This document shows, in pieces, positions 30,778-41,221 of a DNA stretch of 64,000 nt (its first letter is position 1; every line of letters starts with the position of its first letter). The stretch spans positions 32,001 through 96,000 of the forward strand of contig CAWCKW010000012.1 in NCBI GenBank assembly GCA_963796285.1, written 5' to 3'. A model generated the notes under the pieces. That model did no database searches and had not been told where the DNA came from. It was given only the letters and a program-made list of their open reading frames with translations. Both the position numbers and the translations under genes were made by a program. Source of the DNA: Nitrospirota bacterium. GTDB taxonomy: Bacteria > Nitrospirota > UBA9217.

Positions 30778-33700
30778 CTATGGTTCCTTTTTTTCACACA
30801 TCATCTCATTCGGACAATACCGGCACTTGTTCTCATCCCGCGGTTTGGCAGGGAAATCTCCGGCGCGAATGTCTTCGATTGCCTTGCGGGCCTTTTCCAT
30901 GCTCTCTTGTAATATCGCCTCGAATTCCTCGGCGCTTTTAGGGCTTGCTTTGGGTCTTGCCATTGGATGATCATTGCGCGCCTCTTTATTAAAGAGCACC
31001 ACATCCCGCGCTCCACCCCCGGTCTTTCCGGCCAGGTCGTAATATGCCAGGCCGATGGGTTTCCGCAAGGGCACGGAGCGCTGTGCCCCAACCTGCTGCA
31101 TTGCCATGATCGCGTAGACCGGGAGCTGGAAGATGTCCTGCTCGGCATTCATCTTCGGTGAAGGGATAGCTGCCGGTCTTGTAATCCACGATGATAAAGT
31201 CCCCATTGCTGTCGACATCGATACGGTCGATCTTGGCCGAGAGCTCGACTTCTTCGCCATTCGAAAGGGCAAGACGGTATTGCCCGATCTTCTGCTCCAG
31301 GTAGGCCGGCTTCATTCCCTGCTTCCAGAACGCCTCCTCTGCATCGAGGAACCGTTCAGCCATGACCGTAAGAAAGCGCTCTTTGTCTCTTCGGTTGCGG
31401 AACGTGTCTGCTTCCTTGTCAAAGGCGGAGTCGGCGAGCTTTCGCAGGAACGCCTGCGCTGCATCGCGGGTCTCCCGGGTGACCGCCCGGTTCCATGAAA
31501 GGTAGAAGTTCCGCAGGATAGCGTGGATCTTGCTGCCGCGGTCCAGGGGAGAAATATCCTCGGTCACCTCTTCGAGCGGTTCGATGCCGAGGACATGCCT
31601 GACATAGTATTGATAAGGACAGTTGAGGTAGTCATCCAGCTCGGTAACCCAGAATTCGCGCTTCTGCTGCGGTGCAACGGAAGTGGTCGGTTCTGCCGGC
31701 CGGGTCTCGAGCGCGGACCTGATCCCGGCAAGTCCTTCGAGACCGGCGTTCAGGATGTCCTGTCTGTTGTTCATATTCCCTGACAGGCTCATCGCTTTTG
31801 CCAGCTCAGGTATGCTGTGGCTTTCTTCAAGCTTCAGGCTGAACTGGATGTGGGAGGTCTTTCCGATCCCGCGATTCAGCAGGCCTGATTTCTTGAGCGG
31901 GGTCAGCTCTTCCAGAAACGGCGATGGCACCACAGGCCGGTCGCCTTCGTTCTCCGGATAGGTAAGCGTAACGGTCCCGGCAGAAAGGAGAAGACGATAA
32001 AAATGATACGCGGCGTTCAAGCGCGCCTTCTCGAGTCGTTCTCACGCCCATGCTTTCGAGTGCCTGCTCGGGCAGGAAGATGTTCTGCGGCAGACGCTGG
32101 GGGAACTTGGCATCAACGAGCCCGCCGAGAAAGATCTCCTTCCACGGATGCCCCATGCTTTCCTCAATGCCCAGGACCTGGACTCCGCCCTCATCTTCGG
32201 GGGGCACCTGGAACCGGGTGTGCATGAAGGTCTTTTTGAGCAGGAACAGCCATTCGTTGAACGTGCAGGTATATTCCGGAAAGAGGTCGCCGGCCCGGCG
32301 AATGGACGCGAGGGCATCGTTCAATTTCCTGTATGCCTGAAGATTGATATTCAAGGGGCCGTGGATCTTGTCCACCCGCGCCGCGAGCCCTGACCAGGCG
32401 ATGAGACCGTCAAGGCGCTCCATCCAGAGGGAAAGAGGAGATGCTTCTTTCGCGGTAAACGGGTCGAGTGCAGCGAAAAGGTCCTTCAACGGTCCCGACA
32501 GGAGGTCGCTGCCGTCTTCTCTCCCGGCCTGATGCGCGAGCGCGGAGAGCAGCCTGTCCTTGCCGCCGGTTATCCTCCTGTCACGCATGAGCCTGTCGAG
32601 TGCCGGGGCGATTGCCGGCTGCTCGCTGAATTTTATAAAGGGGGAACTGAAAATTCTGAGCAGCGATGGTCCGGAGAAGTCTTCCTGGCATGAGCGGAGG
32701 AGCGAGACCACCGCGGTTGACACCGGCGAGGTGCCGAGCTGCCTGCCGAGTGCGCGGTTGTACGGGATGCCGTAATCATTGAAAAGCTCTTCCACGAGCG
32801 GACCGTATTCGTCGAGCGAGGGAAAGGCCACGAGAATGGAGTCCGGCACAATGCCGTCCTTCAATGACCGTTTCACCATTCCCGCGATCATCGATACCTC
32901 CTCGCGGGTATTGATTGTCGAGAGCAGGTTGATCGTTTTTAAAAAGGTCGATGGGGAGGGGGCATTCAGCGCCGTCACAGCGAACGGTACGTCCGAGAAC
33001 ACGGTTGATGCAAGGAACCGGTCGTCGCTGTTCATGCCGGCACGGTCAGCTACCGGTTTGATCCCGACGGCTGAGATGAAGTCTTTCGTTATCCTGAGAG
33101 GGTGGGACTCCCCAGCAGCCTTCAAGCAGGTCCGGCGATGGCGCATCCACGAGATAGGCGCAGTTGCCGCATGCAACCATCTTTCGCAGAATGTCCGCTT
33201 CAAGCCTGCCCGTGTCCTGGATCCCGTCGATGACGATCCGGGAATAGCGTGCGAGCCATGCGGGGTCGAAGCGGTCGCGCAGGTGGGCGCGCATCCCTGC
33301 CGGGTCCGTCAGGCCGCGCGTCTCCAGGAAGGCCGTATATCTGGTATAAACATCGATAAGCAGGTTGACCTGGGGCTTGTCGAAAAACTCGGCGTCCTTG
33401 ATCTTGAGGGATAGGTCACCGGGCATCACGCCTGCCGCGGATAGTTGTTCGATCATCTTCGCGAGCGCGGCAGAGAGAGATGGAGCGAGCAGGTCCGGAC
33501 TCTGATTGAAAAGAGGACCGTTGATGAGGCGCTCCTTGACCAGGCCCTCGAGCAGGTACAATCTGCTGTTCTCGTCCATGAGCCGCGGGCCATTGAGGCT
33601 GGCGTAGAGCTTCTCGAAGAACTGATGGAGTGTCTGGATCTCGGGCTGAACGAGCGCGGACGAACCTTTGCTCTGAACGAGTTCGAGGAACAGCCTGCCG

Positions 33701-33849
33701 TACGTCCGCTTCATGCGGGACGAGGGCACGAGGATAAGAACATCGTTATAGATAAACGGAGGCGCGTTTCTGGATGCAATAAGTTCCTCCAGAATGCGGG
33801 TTTTCCCGGTCCAGCCCGCGTCCCCGTATGGCAGCATGATGCATTTCAT
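30778..33849 (-). CDS. addB: AddB-like PD-(D/E)XK nuclease subunit, split by three apparent +1 frameshifts (near 33124, 32036, 31160)
   Basis: Four consecutive ORF fragments join into one protein: GKT..., CPY..Y, KIDRID...DYKTG, QLPVYA, CRYCP...C Fe-S staple. Confidence 0.78.
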
Positions 33850-34022
33850 CGCCTAATGATTATGCCACAAGTCCTGTAAATAGACAATGCTTTCGAAATC
33901 AGTGATAATAGTGATTATATGAACCGCGAGGAATTGATGAAAGATCATGCCGGACTTTTAACCACGAAGTAAAAATTATTGACAATAATTAGTGCATGGT
34001 CTATTATTGAAACAACTGTTAT

Positions 34023-34220
34023 ATGCAGTATCGAATCACGGAAAATAGATGTACCGGATGCGGAACCTGTCTGGATGTGTGTCCTACCGAGGCGATCAAG
34101 ATACAGGACGGGCGTGCGGTCATTACGATGGAATGTATCGACTGCGGCGCCTGTCCGCGAGTCTGCCCCGAAGGCGCGATCAAGAAGTTGCTTCCCGCGT
34201 CTGTCAAAAATTCACGTTAA
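34023..34220 (+). CDS. 2[4Fe-4S] ferredoxin
   Basis: CTGCGTCLDVCP / CIDCGACPRVCP. Confidence 0.9.
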   Translation: MQYRITENRCTGCGTCLDVCPTEAIKIQDGRAVITMECIDCGACPRVCPEGAIKKLLPASVKNSR

Positions 34221-34241
34221 AACGGTTCTAAGGAGGTTGAG

Positions 34242-34565
34242 ATGGCTGAAGCGGTGACGAGTGCAACATGGGAGCAGGAAGTGCTGAAGGCATCGGAGCT
34301 TGTGCTGGTGGATTTTTGGGCTGTCTGGTGCGGGCCGTGCAGGATGGTTGCGCCGATCGTTGACGAGATCGCGAAGGAATACGAGGGCAAGCTAAAGGTC
34401 AGGAAGCTGAACACGGACGAGAACCCGGACATCGCCGGCAAGTACCGCATCATGGGCATCCCGACCCTCATGTTCTTTAAGGGCGGACAGACCGTGGACC
34501 AGGTGGTCGGCGCTGTGCCCAAAGCCCAGCTCAAAACCAAGGTGGACACACTGCTCGCGAAATAG
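34242..34565 (+). CDS. trxA: Thioredoxin
   Basis: [18 protein letters not shown]; AAGGAGG RBS. Confidence 0.95.
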   Translation: MAEAVTSATWEQEVLKASELVLVDFWAVWCGPCRMVAPIVDEIAKEYEGKLKVRKLNTDENPDIAGKYRIMGIPTLMFFKGGQTVDQVVGAVPKAQLKTKVDTLLAK

Positions 34566-34627
34566 GCGGGGTCTGTGCGTGGCCGGATGCCGCTATGAGC
34601 AAAAGAAAATATATTGTCGTCTGGTCG

Positions 34628-34658
34628 ACTGCCCGTCTTTGGCGGGCAGTTTTTATTT
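34628..34658 (+). terminator. Rho-independent terminator after trxA
   Basis: ACTGCCCGTC-TTT-GGCGGGCAGT followed by a T run. Confidence 0.7.
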
Positions 34659-34685
34659 GACCTTCTTTGTGAAAAGGAGCTGTAA

Positions 34686-35177
34686 ATGTTGAAGAGATTC
34701 GTCATTCCAGCCATCGTGGTCATGGCGTTGGCAGCCGGGTGCACTGACAAAGGCGCGCAGCCGGGCTCTCCCGCTGCTCCCGATTTTACTCTCCAGGACA
34801 TGAGCGGGAAAACCGTCAAACTGTCGGACCAAAAAGGCAAGGTAGTGCTGCTTGAGTTCTGGGCCACCTGGTGCCCCCCCTGCCGCGCGGCTGTCCCGGG
34901 TCTTGAACAATTGCACAAGGCGTATAAGGACAAGGGATTAGTGGTGCTCGCCGTGTCAATGGACCAGGGCGGTTGGGACGAGGTCAAGTCGTTTGTCGCT
35001 GAGAAGCATATTACCTACACAGTCCTGAAAGGGACCGATACGATCGGGGAACAATACCAGGTGCGATCGATCCCCATGACGCTGCTACTGAATAAAGAAG
35101 GCAAGGTATTCAGGCGGTATCTGGGCATGGGCAGCGACGAGGAACTGGAAAAGGACGTCAAAGCCGTTTTGCAATGA
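34686..35177 (+). CDS. TlpA-family disulfide reductase lipoprotein
   Basis: Lipobox AAGC, APDFTL, FWATWCPPC, IP motif. Confidence 0.9.
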   Translation: MLKRFVIPAIVVMALAAGCTDKGAQPGSPAAPDFTLQDMSGKTVKLSDQKGKVVLLEFWATWCPPCRAAVPGLEQLHKAYKDKGLVVLAVSMDQGGWDEVKSFVAEKHITYTVLKGTDTIGEQYQVRSIPMTLLLNKEGKVFRRYLGMGSDEELEKDVKAVLQ

Positions 35178-35474
35178 AATGAGTGCCATCCGCAACACTC
35201 ACCGGTATATAGTTGATCCTGAACCTTTCACAATTGACAAAGTTGTATAAAGCCCTATCTCACACAGCCAAAGTCACAAAGAGGTAATCCCTTAAGGGAT
35301 CGATTTAAATCTCTTCGTGATCTCTGTGTCTCAGTGTGGCCCTCTTCTTGGCCACCGTGTGAAAATTGTCTTTTTTTGTGTCATTACAGTTGTCTCTCTC
35401 AACAATCAAAGCAATTCGCTGTTTCAATCATAAATATGCCGTTGGCATGATAACGGACATTATTGTTTTCGGGG

Positions 35475-35503
35475 TTGACAACACGCGGGCCCGTCGCTAT
35501 AAT
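35475..35503 (+). promoter_or_regulatory. Consensus sigma70 promoter of tRNA-Gly
   Basis: TTGACA-17 nt-TATAAT. Confidence 0.85.
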
Positions 35504-35517
35504 GACTTTCAAAAAAA

Positions 35518-35593
35518 GCGGGCGTAGCTCAGTTGGTAGAGTACAAGCTTCCCAAGCTTGGTGTCGCGGGTTCGAATCCCGTCGCCCGCTCCA
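35518..35593 (+). tRNA. tRNA-Gly(CCC)
   Basis: GCGGGCGTAGCTCAGTTGGTAGAGTACAAGCTTCCCAAGCTTGGTGTCGCGGGTTCGAATCCCGTCGCCCGCTCCA. Confidence 0.97.
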
Positions 35594-35758
35594 AAAATAA
35601 GACGACAGAGAGCGGAATACAGACAATAGCCGGCAGGCATCATGAGAAAAAATAAATTCCAGTCTGTCGTCTGCGTCAGTGCTCCGCATATTTGAAGAGT
35701 TTGACCCCTCCTGATAAAGCAGGCGGGGCTTTTTTGTCCACAGAACCATCGCGCTATC

Positions 35759-36280
35759 ATGTCTAACAAAATATACTTCATCACCGGCGGGGCACGGTCC
35801 GGGAAGTCGGCATTTGCGGAGAAGCTGGCGAACGGCCTGACGGGTCAGCGGGCGTACCTCGCCACGGCGCAGGCGCTCGATCCCGAGATGGCCGCGAGGA
35901 TAGAGAAGCACCGCAAAGACCGCGGCATTGCGTGGGACACCTATGAGGAACCGCTTGCGGTGGCGGAGCTGCTGAAGAAGCTTTCCGGCCGCTATGACGT
36001 GGTGCTTCTCGACTGCCTCACCCTCTGGCTGAGCAACGTCATGGCCCACACGGATGGCGACAGTGCTGTCTCGTCCCGCGCGGATGAACTCGTGACAGCG
36101 CTGCAGGATTTTGGCGGCGCCTGCATCATTGTGTCCAATGAGGTGGGGCTTGGCATCGTGCCGGACAACCCCCTTGCAAGAAAGTTCCGCGACCTTGCGG
36201 GCATGCTGAACCAGAAAGTGGCGCGTTTTGCCGATGAAGTGTATTTTACCGCGTCGGGAATTCCGGTGAAGATTAAATAA
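35759..36280 (+). CDS. cobU: Adenosylcobinamide kinase/guanylyltransferase
   Basis: GGARSGKS, RIEKHR, DCLTLW, SNEVGLG, FRD..G..NQ. Confidence 0.95.
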   Translation: MSNKIYFITGGARSGKSAFAEKLANGLTGQRAYLATAQALDPEMAARIEKHRKDRGIAWDTYEEPLAVAELLKKLSGRYDVVLLDCLTLWLSNVMAHTDGDSAVSSRADELVTALQDFGGACIIVSNEVGLGIVPDNPLARKFRDLAGMLNQKVARFADEVYFTASGIPVKIK

Positions 36281-36307
36281 TGGGTCATGGGTCAGGGGTC
36301 AAGGGTC

Positions 36308-36466
36308 ATGGAAAAGGAGACAAGAGGATTCAGGCAGTTGACCGTGTGGCAGAAAGCATATGAATTAACCTTAGATGTCTATCGGTTTACGAAGACATTC
36401 CCGAAAGGTGAACCGTATGGTTTGATATCACGAGTACAACGCGCTGTTGTTTCTATCCCGGCCTAA
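36308..36466 (+). pseudogene. Truncated four-helix-bundle (23S rRNA IVS / Avd-like family) gene
   Basis: Manual translation [52 protein letters not shown] matches the N-half of the family; it stops just before the NIAEG motif. Confidence 0.8.
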
Positions 36467-36495
36467 ATATAATTTGCAGAACGAGGAGATTATCA

Positions 36496-37572
36496 ATGAG
36501 CAAACTCAAGGAAATACTGAAACAGATCCAACCTGTCGACACAGCGCGCACTAATGCGGTCCAGGCGCAGCTCGATAACCTTACGAAGCCGCAGGGGAGC
36601 CTCGGCCGGCTCGAAGAACTCGCCAGGAAATACTGTCTTATCACGGGCAGGGACAAGCCGACGATCCGGAACAAGATCATCTTTACTTTTGCCGGCGATC
36701 ATGGAGTGACCGAGGAGGGTGTCAGCGCATTCCCCAAAGAGGTAACGCCCCAGATGGTCCTCAACTTCATCCGCGGCGGCGCCGCGGTGAATGTGCTTGC
36801 AAAGCATGTTGGCGCACGGGTGATCGTGGTGGACATGGGCGTTGATCACGATTTCGAGCCCATGGATGGGCTGGAGATCAGAAAGATCGGGCGCGGCACA
36901 CGGAACATGACCAAGGGCCCGGCCATGACGCGCGACGAAGCGGAGCGGGCAGTGCTTGCCGGCGTCGAACTGGTGGAAAAATATAAAGAAGGCCTCGATC
37001 TGCTCGGGACGGGGGACATGGGCATCGGGAACACGACGCCGTCATCGGCGATCGTCTCCGTGATCACGGGCACGGACGCGGGAAACGTCACGGGCCGCGG
37101 CACGGGCATCGATGACCGCTCTCTCCAGAACAAGGTAGCGATCATCAAGAGAGCGATCGCGATGAACGATCCGGACCCCAAAGACGCACTCGACGTGCTC
37201 GCCAAAGTCGGCGGATACGAGATCGCGGGCATCGCTGGTCTTGTGCTCGGCGCAGCCCTGTACCGGATCCCGGTGGTTATCGACGGGTTCATCTCGACCG
37301 CGGGCGCGCTCATTGCCGCGGAACTGAACCCCCTGGTCAAAGGATACATGATCGCCGCGCACCAGTCCGTGGAGATCGGCCACCGGAAGATGCTTGAACA
37401 TCTGGAACAGGTACCGCTCCTTGATCTGAACCTCAGGCTCGGGGAAGGTACAGGCGCCGCCCTCGGAATGTCGCTCGTTGAAGCAGGCGTGAAGATCCTC
37501 GGCGAGATGGCGACGTTCGCGGATGCGGGCGTAGCGGAGAAGAGCGAAAGTGAGAAGGTGGGAAGCAACTAA
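36496..37572 (+). CDS. cobT: Nicotinate-nucleotide-dimethylbenzimidazole phosphoribosyltransferase
   Basis: [42 protein letters not shown]. Confidence 0.96.
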   Translation: MSKLKEILKQIQPVDTARTNAVQAQLDNLTKPQGSLGRLEELARKYCLITGRDKPTIRNKIIFTFAGDHGVTEEGVSAFPKEVTPQMVLNFIRGGAAVNVLAKHVGARVIVVDMGVDHDFEPMDGLEIRKIGRGTRNMTKGPAMTRDEAERAVLAGVELVEKYKEGLDLLGTGDMGIGNTTPSSAIVSVITGTDAGNVTGRGTGIDDRSLQNKVAIIKRAIAMNDPDPKDALDVLAKVGGYEIAGIAGLVLGAALYRIPVVIDGFISTAGALIAAELNPLVKGYMIAAHQSVEIGHRKMLEHLEQVPLLDLNLRLGEGTGAALGMSLVEAGVKILGEMATFADAGVAEKSESEKVGSN

Positions 37573-37795
37573 GGGCTTCTCTTCTTTTGAAAAAGCAAAA
37601 AAGTAAACTTTTTTGGCATTGATTTACCCCTGAAGAGTTGACAAGCCCGAACGGGGTGAACGCGGATCGAATTATGAAGCGTCATGTCTTTTCATAGGGA
37701 CAATCCGCTGTAATCCGTGTCAAGAACGTTGACCTGGCTTATCCTGGTTCCAGTTTGTCCGGACTTGAAAGGTCCGCAAAGGCGGTTAACGAGCT

Positions 37796-38566
37796 ATGCT
37801 TAAAAATTTCATCACCGCGCTGCAATTTCTTACCATTGTCACCGTGAAGAAGGACCACGACGTCGCGGAAGGGGATCTGGCGAAGTCCATGGTCTATTTC
37901 CCTTTGGTCGGTTTTCTGATCGGATTTCTTCTGGTCAACGCGGACAAGGTGTTCGCCCTGATCGCCCTGCCCCAGCCCATTGCCACGTTCCTGCTTATCA
38001 TTATCTCGGTCATCATCACGCGGGCCATTCATATCGACGGCTTGGCCGATACACTCGACGGATTGATGGGTGGAAGCGATCATTCCTCCCGGCTTGCCAT
38101 CATGAAGGACAGCAGGCTTGGGACTGCCGGGGCTGTCGGAATCGTCTCCATTCTGTTCATGAAATATCTGTGCCTCAACAGCCTCTATGAAAGCGACAGG
38201 ATCGGCGCCCTGCTCGTTGCACCGGTGGTGGCGCGATGGTCGCAGACGCTCATGGTGTTCAACGCTGAATACGGACGCGAGAACGGCATGGGCAAGGTTT
38301 TCGTAGGACATCTCAGGTCAAGCGGCCTGGCCGCCACTTCCGCCCTGGCCATCGGTTTGTCGGCATTCGTGGTCGTGCGGCTGGACGCGCGTTCCATTCT
38401 TCTTTTCTTCATCCTGATCTGCGGCGTTGTGCTGCTTACGTATCTCGGGAAGCGTTACCTTGTCCGAAAACTCGGCGGGGTGACAGGAGACGCGATCGGA
38501 GCGATGAGCGAACTGAACGAGGTGCTTGTGACCCTCCTCTTTGTGATATTCTCGAGCGGAACGTAG
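37796..38566 (+). CDS. cobS: Cobalamin synthase
   Basis: HIDGLADTLDG, IMKDSRLG, GGVTGDAIGA. Confidence 0.95.
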   Translation: MLKNFITALQFLTIVTVKKDHDVAEGDLAKSMVYFPLVGFLIGFLLVNADKVFALIALPQPIATFLLIIISVIITRAIHIDGLADTLDGLMGGSDHSSRLAIMKDSRLGTAGAVGIVSILFMKYLCLNSLYESDRIGALLVAPVVARWSQTLMVFNAEYGRENGMGKVFVGHLRSSGLAATSALAIGLSAFVVVRLDARSILLFFILICGVVLLTYLGKRYLVRKLGGVTGDAIGAMSELNEVLVTLLFVIFSSGT

Positions 38567-38570
38567 GATC

Positions 38571-39166
38571 ATGCCGACCACGGTTTATCTGATGCGCCAC
38601 GGCGAGGTAACGAACAACGGCGAGAAGCGCTATAACGGCCACATCGACATCGATATCACGCAGAAGGGCGTCGATCAGATGCACCGGCTCGCGGGGCTGC
38701 TCGAAGGCAAAGGCATCGTCGCGGTCTATTCGAGCGATCTCATACGCTCGCAGAAGGGCGCCGAGATCATCTCACGCCGCGTCGGCATTTCCTCCACCCC
38801 GCTCCGTGAACTCCGGGAGCGGAGCGTGGGCGCGTGGGAAGGGCTGACCGCGGACGAGATCAAGGACCGCTTTCCCGGGCAATACGCGGCATGGCGGGAG
38901 GACCTGCTCAATTACCGCCCGCCCGGAGGAGAGTGTCTCGTCGATGTAAGCGCGCGGATACTGCCGGTGTTCAAACGGCTGGTAGGATCCCATCCGGATC
39001 AGGAGATCGCGATGCTCCTCCATGGCGGCGTTAACCGGGTCATTCTGGCAGACGCCCTCGGTATGGACCTGATGAACCTGTTCCGGATCGACCAAGCCTT
39101 CGGTGCACTCAATATCATCGATTATCATGACGCGGCATGGCCGTGGTCAAACTGCTGAACGGGTAA
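38571..39166 (+). CDS. cobC: Alpha-ribazole phosphatase (histidine phosphatase); probable frameshift near 39132
   Basis: LMRHGE, SSDL.R, GAWEG, HGGVNR. The natural ending GMAVVKLLNG* lies in another frame and ends at 39166. Confidence 0.85.
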
Positions 39167-39192
39167 AGTGCCGCAACGGGCCGCAAAAAATA

Positions 39193-39221
39193 TTGACATT
39201 GGTCCTGTCGTGCAGTATTGT
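39193..39221 (+). promoter_or_regulatory. Putative sigma70 promoter of the thi operon
   Basis: TTGACA-17 nt-TATTGT just upstream of the riboswitch. Confidence 0.65.
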
Positions 39222-39234
39222 ACCGACACAGAAT

Positions 39235-39315
39235 GCTGGGGGAGCCGATCGGCTGAGAGTCCTTTGAAGGACGACCCTTAGAACCTGATCCGGGTAGTGC
39301 CGGCGTAGGGAAGGC
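39235..39315 (+). ncRNA. TPP riboswitch
   Basis: GGGGAGCC..GGCTGAGA...ACCC..GAACCTGATCCGGGTAGTGCCGGCGTAGGGA consensus upstream of thiS. Confidence 0.95.
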
Positions 39316-39342
39316 GAGTATATCACCATCGAAAACCTTTCG

Positions 39343-39369
39343 AGCCGTATCTTCCGGATACGGCTTTTT
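39343..39369 (+). terminator. Riboswitch expression-platform terminator
   Basis: AGCCGTATC-TTCCG-GATACGGCT followed by TTTT, between the aptamer and thiS. Confidence 0.8.
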
Positions 39370-39424
39370 GCGTTCTGGAAGGTGTTACCCCTTTTGTCTG
39401 CAGTGACAGCAGGAGGAAGAGAGA

Positions 39425-39673
39425 ATGACCATCACCCTGAATGGCGAAAAAAAACAGATGCCGGACAACATCACGGTCCTTGGTCTGCTGGAGTTCCTGA
39501 AGATCGAGCGCCAGCGCGTGGCCGTGGAACTGAACAGGGAGATCGTGAAGAAGGACGTTTACAATACGACACCTGTCAAGGAAGGCGACAGCCTGGAGGT
39601 CGTAAGCTTTATGGCGGGAGGGTGTGGCGCCATCGGCGCAATTGAAAATTGGAGATTGGAAATTGGAAATTGA
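39425..39673 (+). CDS. thiS: Sulfur carrier protein ThiS (C-terminal extension after GG)
   Basis: ITLNGE, VAVELNREIV, EGDSLEVVSFMAGG. Confidence 0.9.
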   Translation: MTITLNGEKKQMPDNITVLGLLEFLKIERQRVAVELNREIVKKDVYNTTPVKEGDSLEVVSFMAGGCGAIGAIENWRLEIGN

Positions 39674-39694
39674 ATAATAAGGATGGGCTTCAGT

Positions 39695-40474
39695 ATGACG
39701 GACGACAAACTGGTAATTGCCGGCATTGAATTCAACTCCCGGCTCTGGGTCGGCACCGGGAAATACAAGGACTTTGCTGAAACGAAAAAGGCCATCGAGG
39801 CCTCGGGCGCGGATGTGGTGACCGTATCGGTCCGGCGGGTGAACATCATCGACAAAGGCAAGGAGAACCTGCTCGATTATATCGACCCGAAGAAGTACAA
39901 GATCCTTCCGAACACCGCGGGCTGCTACACGGCAAAGGACGCGATCCGCACCGCCATGCTCGCTGCCGAGGCGGGCATCTCGAAGCTCGTAAAGCTCGAA
40001 GTGATCGGTGACGAGAAGACCCTGTTCCCGGACAACGAGGCGACGCTCGAGGCAGCGAAGGTGCTGATCAAGGAGGGGCTGATCGTGCTGCCCTATGTGA
40101 GCGATGACCCGATCATGGCCAAGAAGCTCGTTGCTGTCGGCTGCCCCGCGGTCATGCCGCTTGCCGCGCCGATCGGTTCAGGCCTCGGCATCAGGAACCC
40201 CTATAATCTCCGGATCATCATGGAAACCGTGAAGGTCCCGATCATCGTCGACGCGGGAGTGGGTACGGCCTCCGATGTTGCGCTTGCCATGGAGCTGGGG
40301 TGCGACGCGGTGCTGCTGAACACGGCGATCGCCGGGGCAAAGGACCCGGTCTCGATGGCCGAGGCCATGAAGTACGGCGTGTTTGCCGGCCGTCTCGCAT
40401 ACAAGGCGGGGAGGATCCCGAAGAAGCTCTATGCCACGGCCAGCAGCCCGATCGAGGGGATGATAGGAAGTTAA
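39695..40474 (+). CDS. thiG: Thiazole synthase
   Basis: [36 protein letters not shown]. Confidence 0.96.
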   Translation: MTDDKLVIAGIEFNSRLWVGTGKYKDFAETKKAIEASGADVVTVSVRRVNIIDKGKENLLDYIDPKKYKILPNTAGCYTAKDAIRTAMLAAEAGISKLVKLEVIGDEKTLFPDNEATLEAAKVLIKEGLIVLPYVSDDPIMAKKLVAVGCPAVMPLAAPIGSGLGIRNPYNLRIIMETVKVPIIVDAGVGTASDVALAMELGCDAVLLNTAIAGAKDPVSMAEAMKYGVFAGRLAYKAGRIPKKLYATASSPIEGMIGS

Positions 40475-40529
40475 AAGCCGCTAGCGCGGACCAGGAGGCG
40501 CGTGCTTTACCAGATGAAAGGAATTCGTT

Positions 40530-41186
40530 TTGCCCGTTGATTTCAAACTCTATCTCATCACTGACCGGAAACAGGTGAACATGCCCCTGGTCGCCGCAAT
40601 CAGGCTGGCTCTCGAAGGCGGCGTACGGGCAGTCCAACTGAGGGAGAAGGACCTGCCGGTCAGGGAACTGCTCGCCTTGTCACAGGAAATGAGAGCTTTG
40701 ACGAACGAGTTCGGGGCCAGGTTATTCATCAACGACCGCGTTGATGTGGCGGTCGCGGTAAATGCGGACGGTGTACACCTCGGCCATCAGAGTATGCCGG
40801 TTGAGGCGGTCCGGAGGGTAGTTGGCAACAATATGCTTATCGGCGTATCGACCCATGATCTCGCGGAGGCCAAAGCTGCAGAGGCCGGAGGGGCGGATTT
40901 CATAACCTTTGGACCTATATTCGAGACACCCTCAAAGGCTAAACTGGGCAATCCAGTGGGAGTAGAAGTTATTAAAGAGGTTAAATGTGGTATTAATATA
41001 CCATTTTATGCCCTTGGTGGGATAAAAAGTGGGAATATAATGAAAGTCCTCTATGCAGGGGCTAGTGGTGTGGCAATGATATCCACCATTTTGTCCGCAG
41101 AAGATATCAAGAGGGCTGCAAGCAAACTTAGTGAATTAATAACTTTCTGTGACAAGGTCATATGTCAATCTTGTATTGCGCGCTAA
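40530..41186 (+). CDS. thiE: Thiamine phosphate synthase
   Basis: VQLREK, INDRVD, GVHLG, GVSTH, FETPSK, ALGGI. Confidence 0.93.
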   Translation: MPVDFKLYLITDRKQVNMPLVAAIRLALEGGVRAVQLREKDLPVRELLALSQEMRALTNEFGARLFINDRVDVAVAVNADGVHLGHQSMPVEAVRRVVGNNMLIGVSTHDLAEAKAAEAGGADFITFGPIFETPSKAKLGNPVGVEVIKEVKCGINIPFYALGGIKSGNIMKVLYAGASGVAMISTILSAEDIKRAASKLSELITFCDKVICQSCIAR

Positions 41187-41221
41187 TCACAGCATCAGGC
41201 AGAATTTAGGCGAGGTGTAAA

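Noticed and set aside
40960-41186. AT-rich 3' end of thiE with a Cys-rich tail as a foreign insertion
   Set aside because: The frame and ThiE motifs are intact and no boundary repeats are visible
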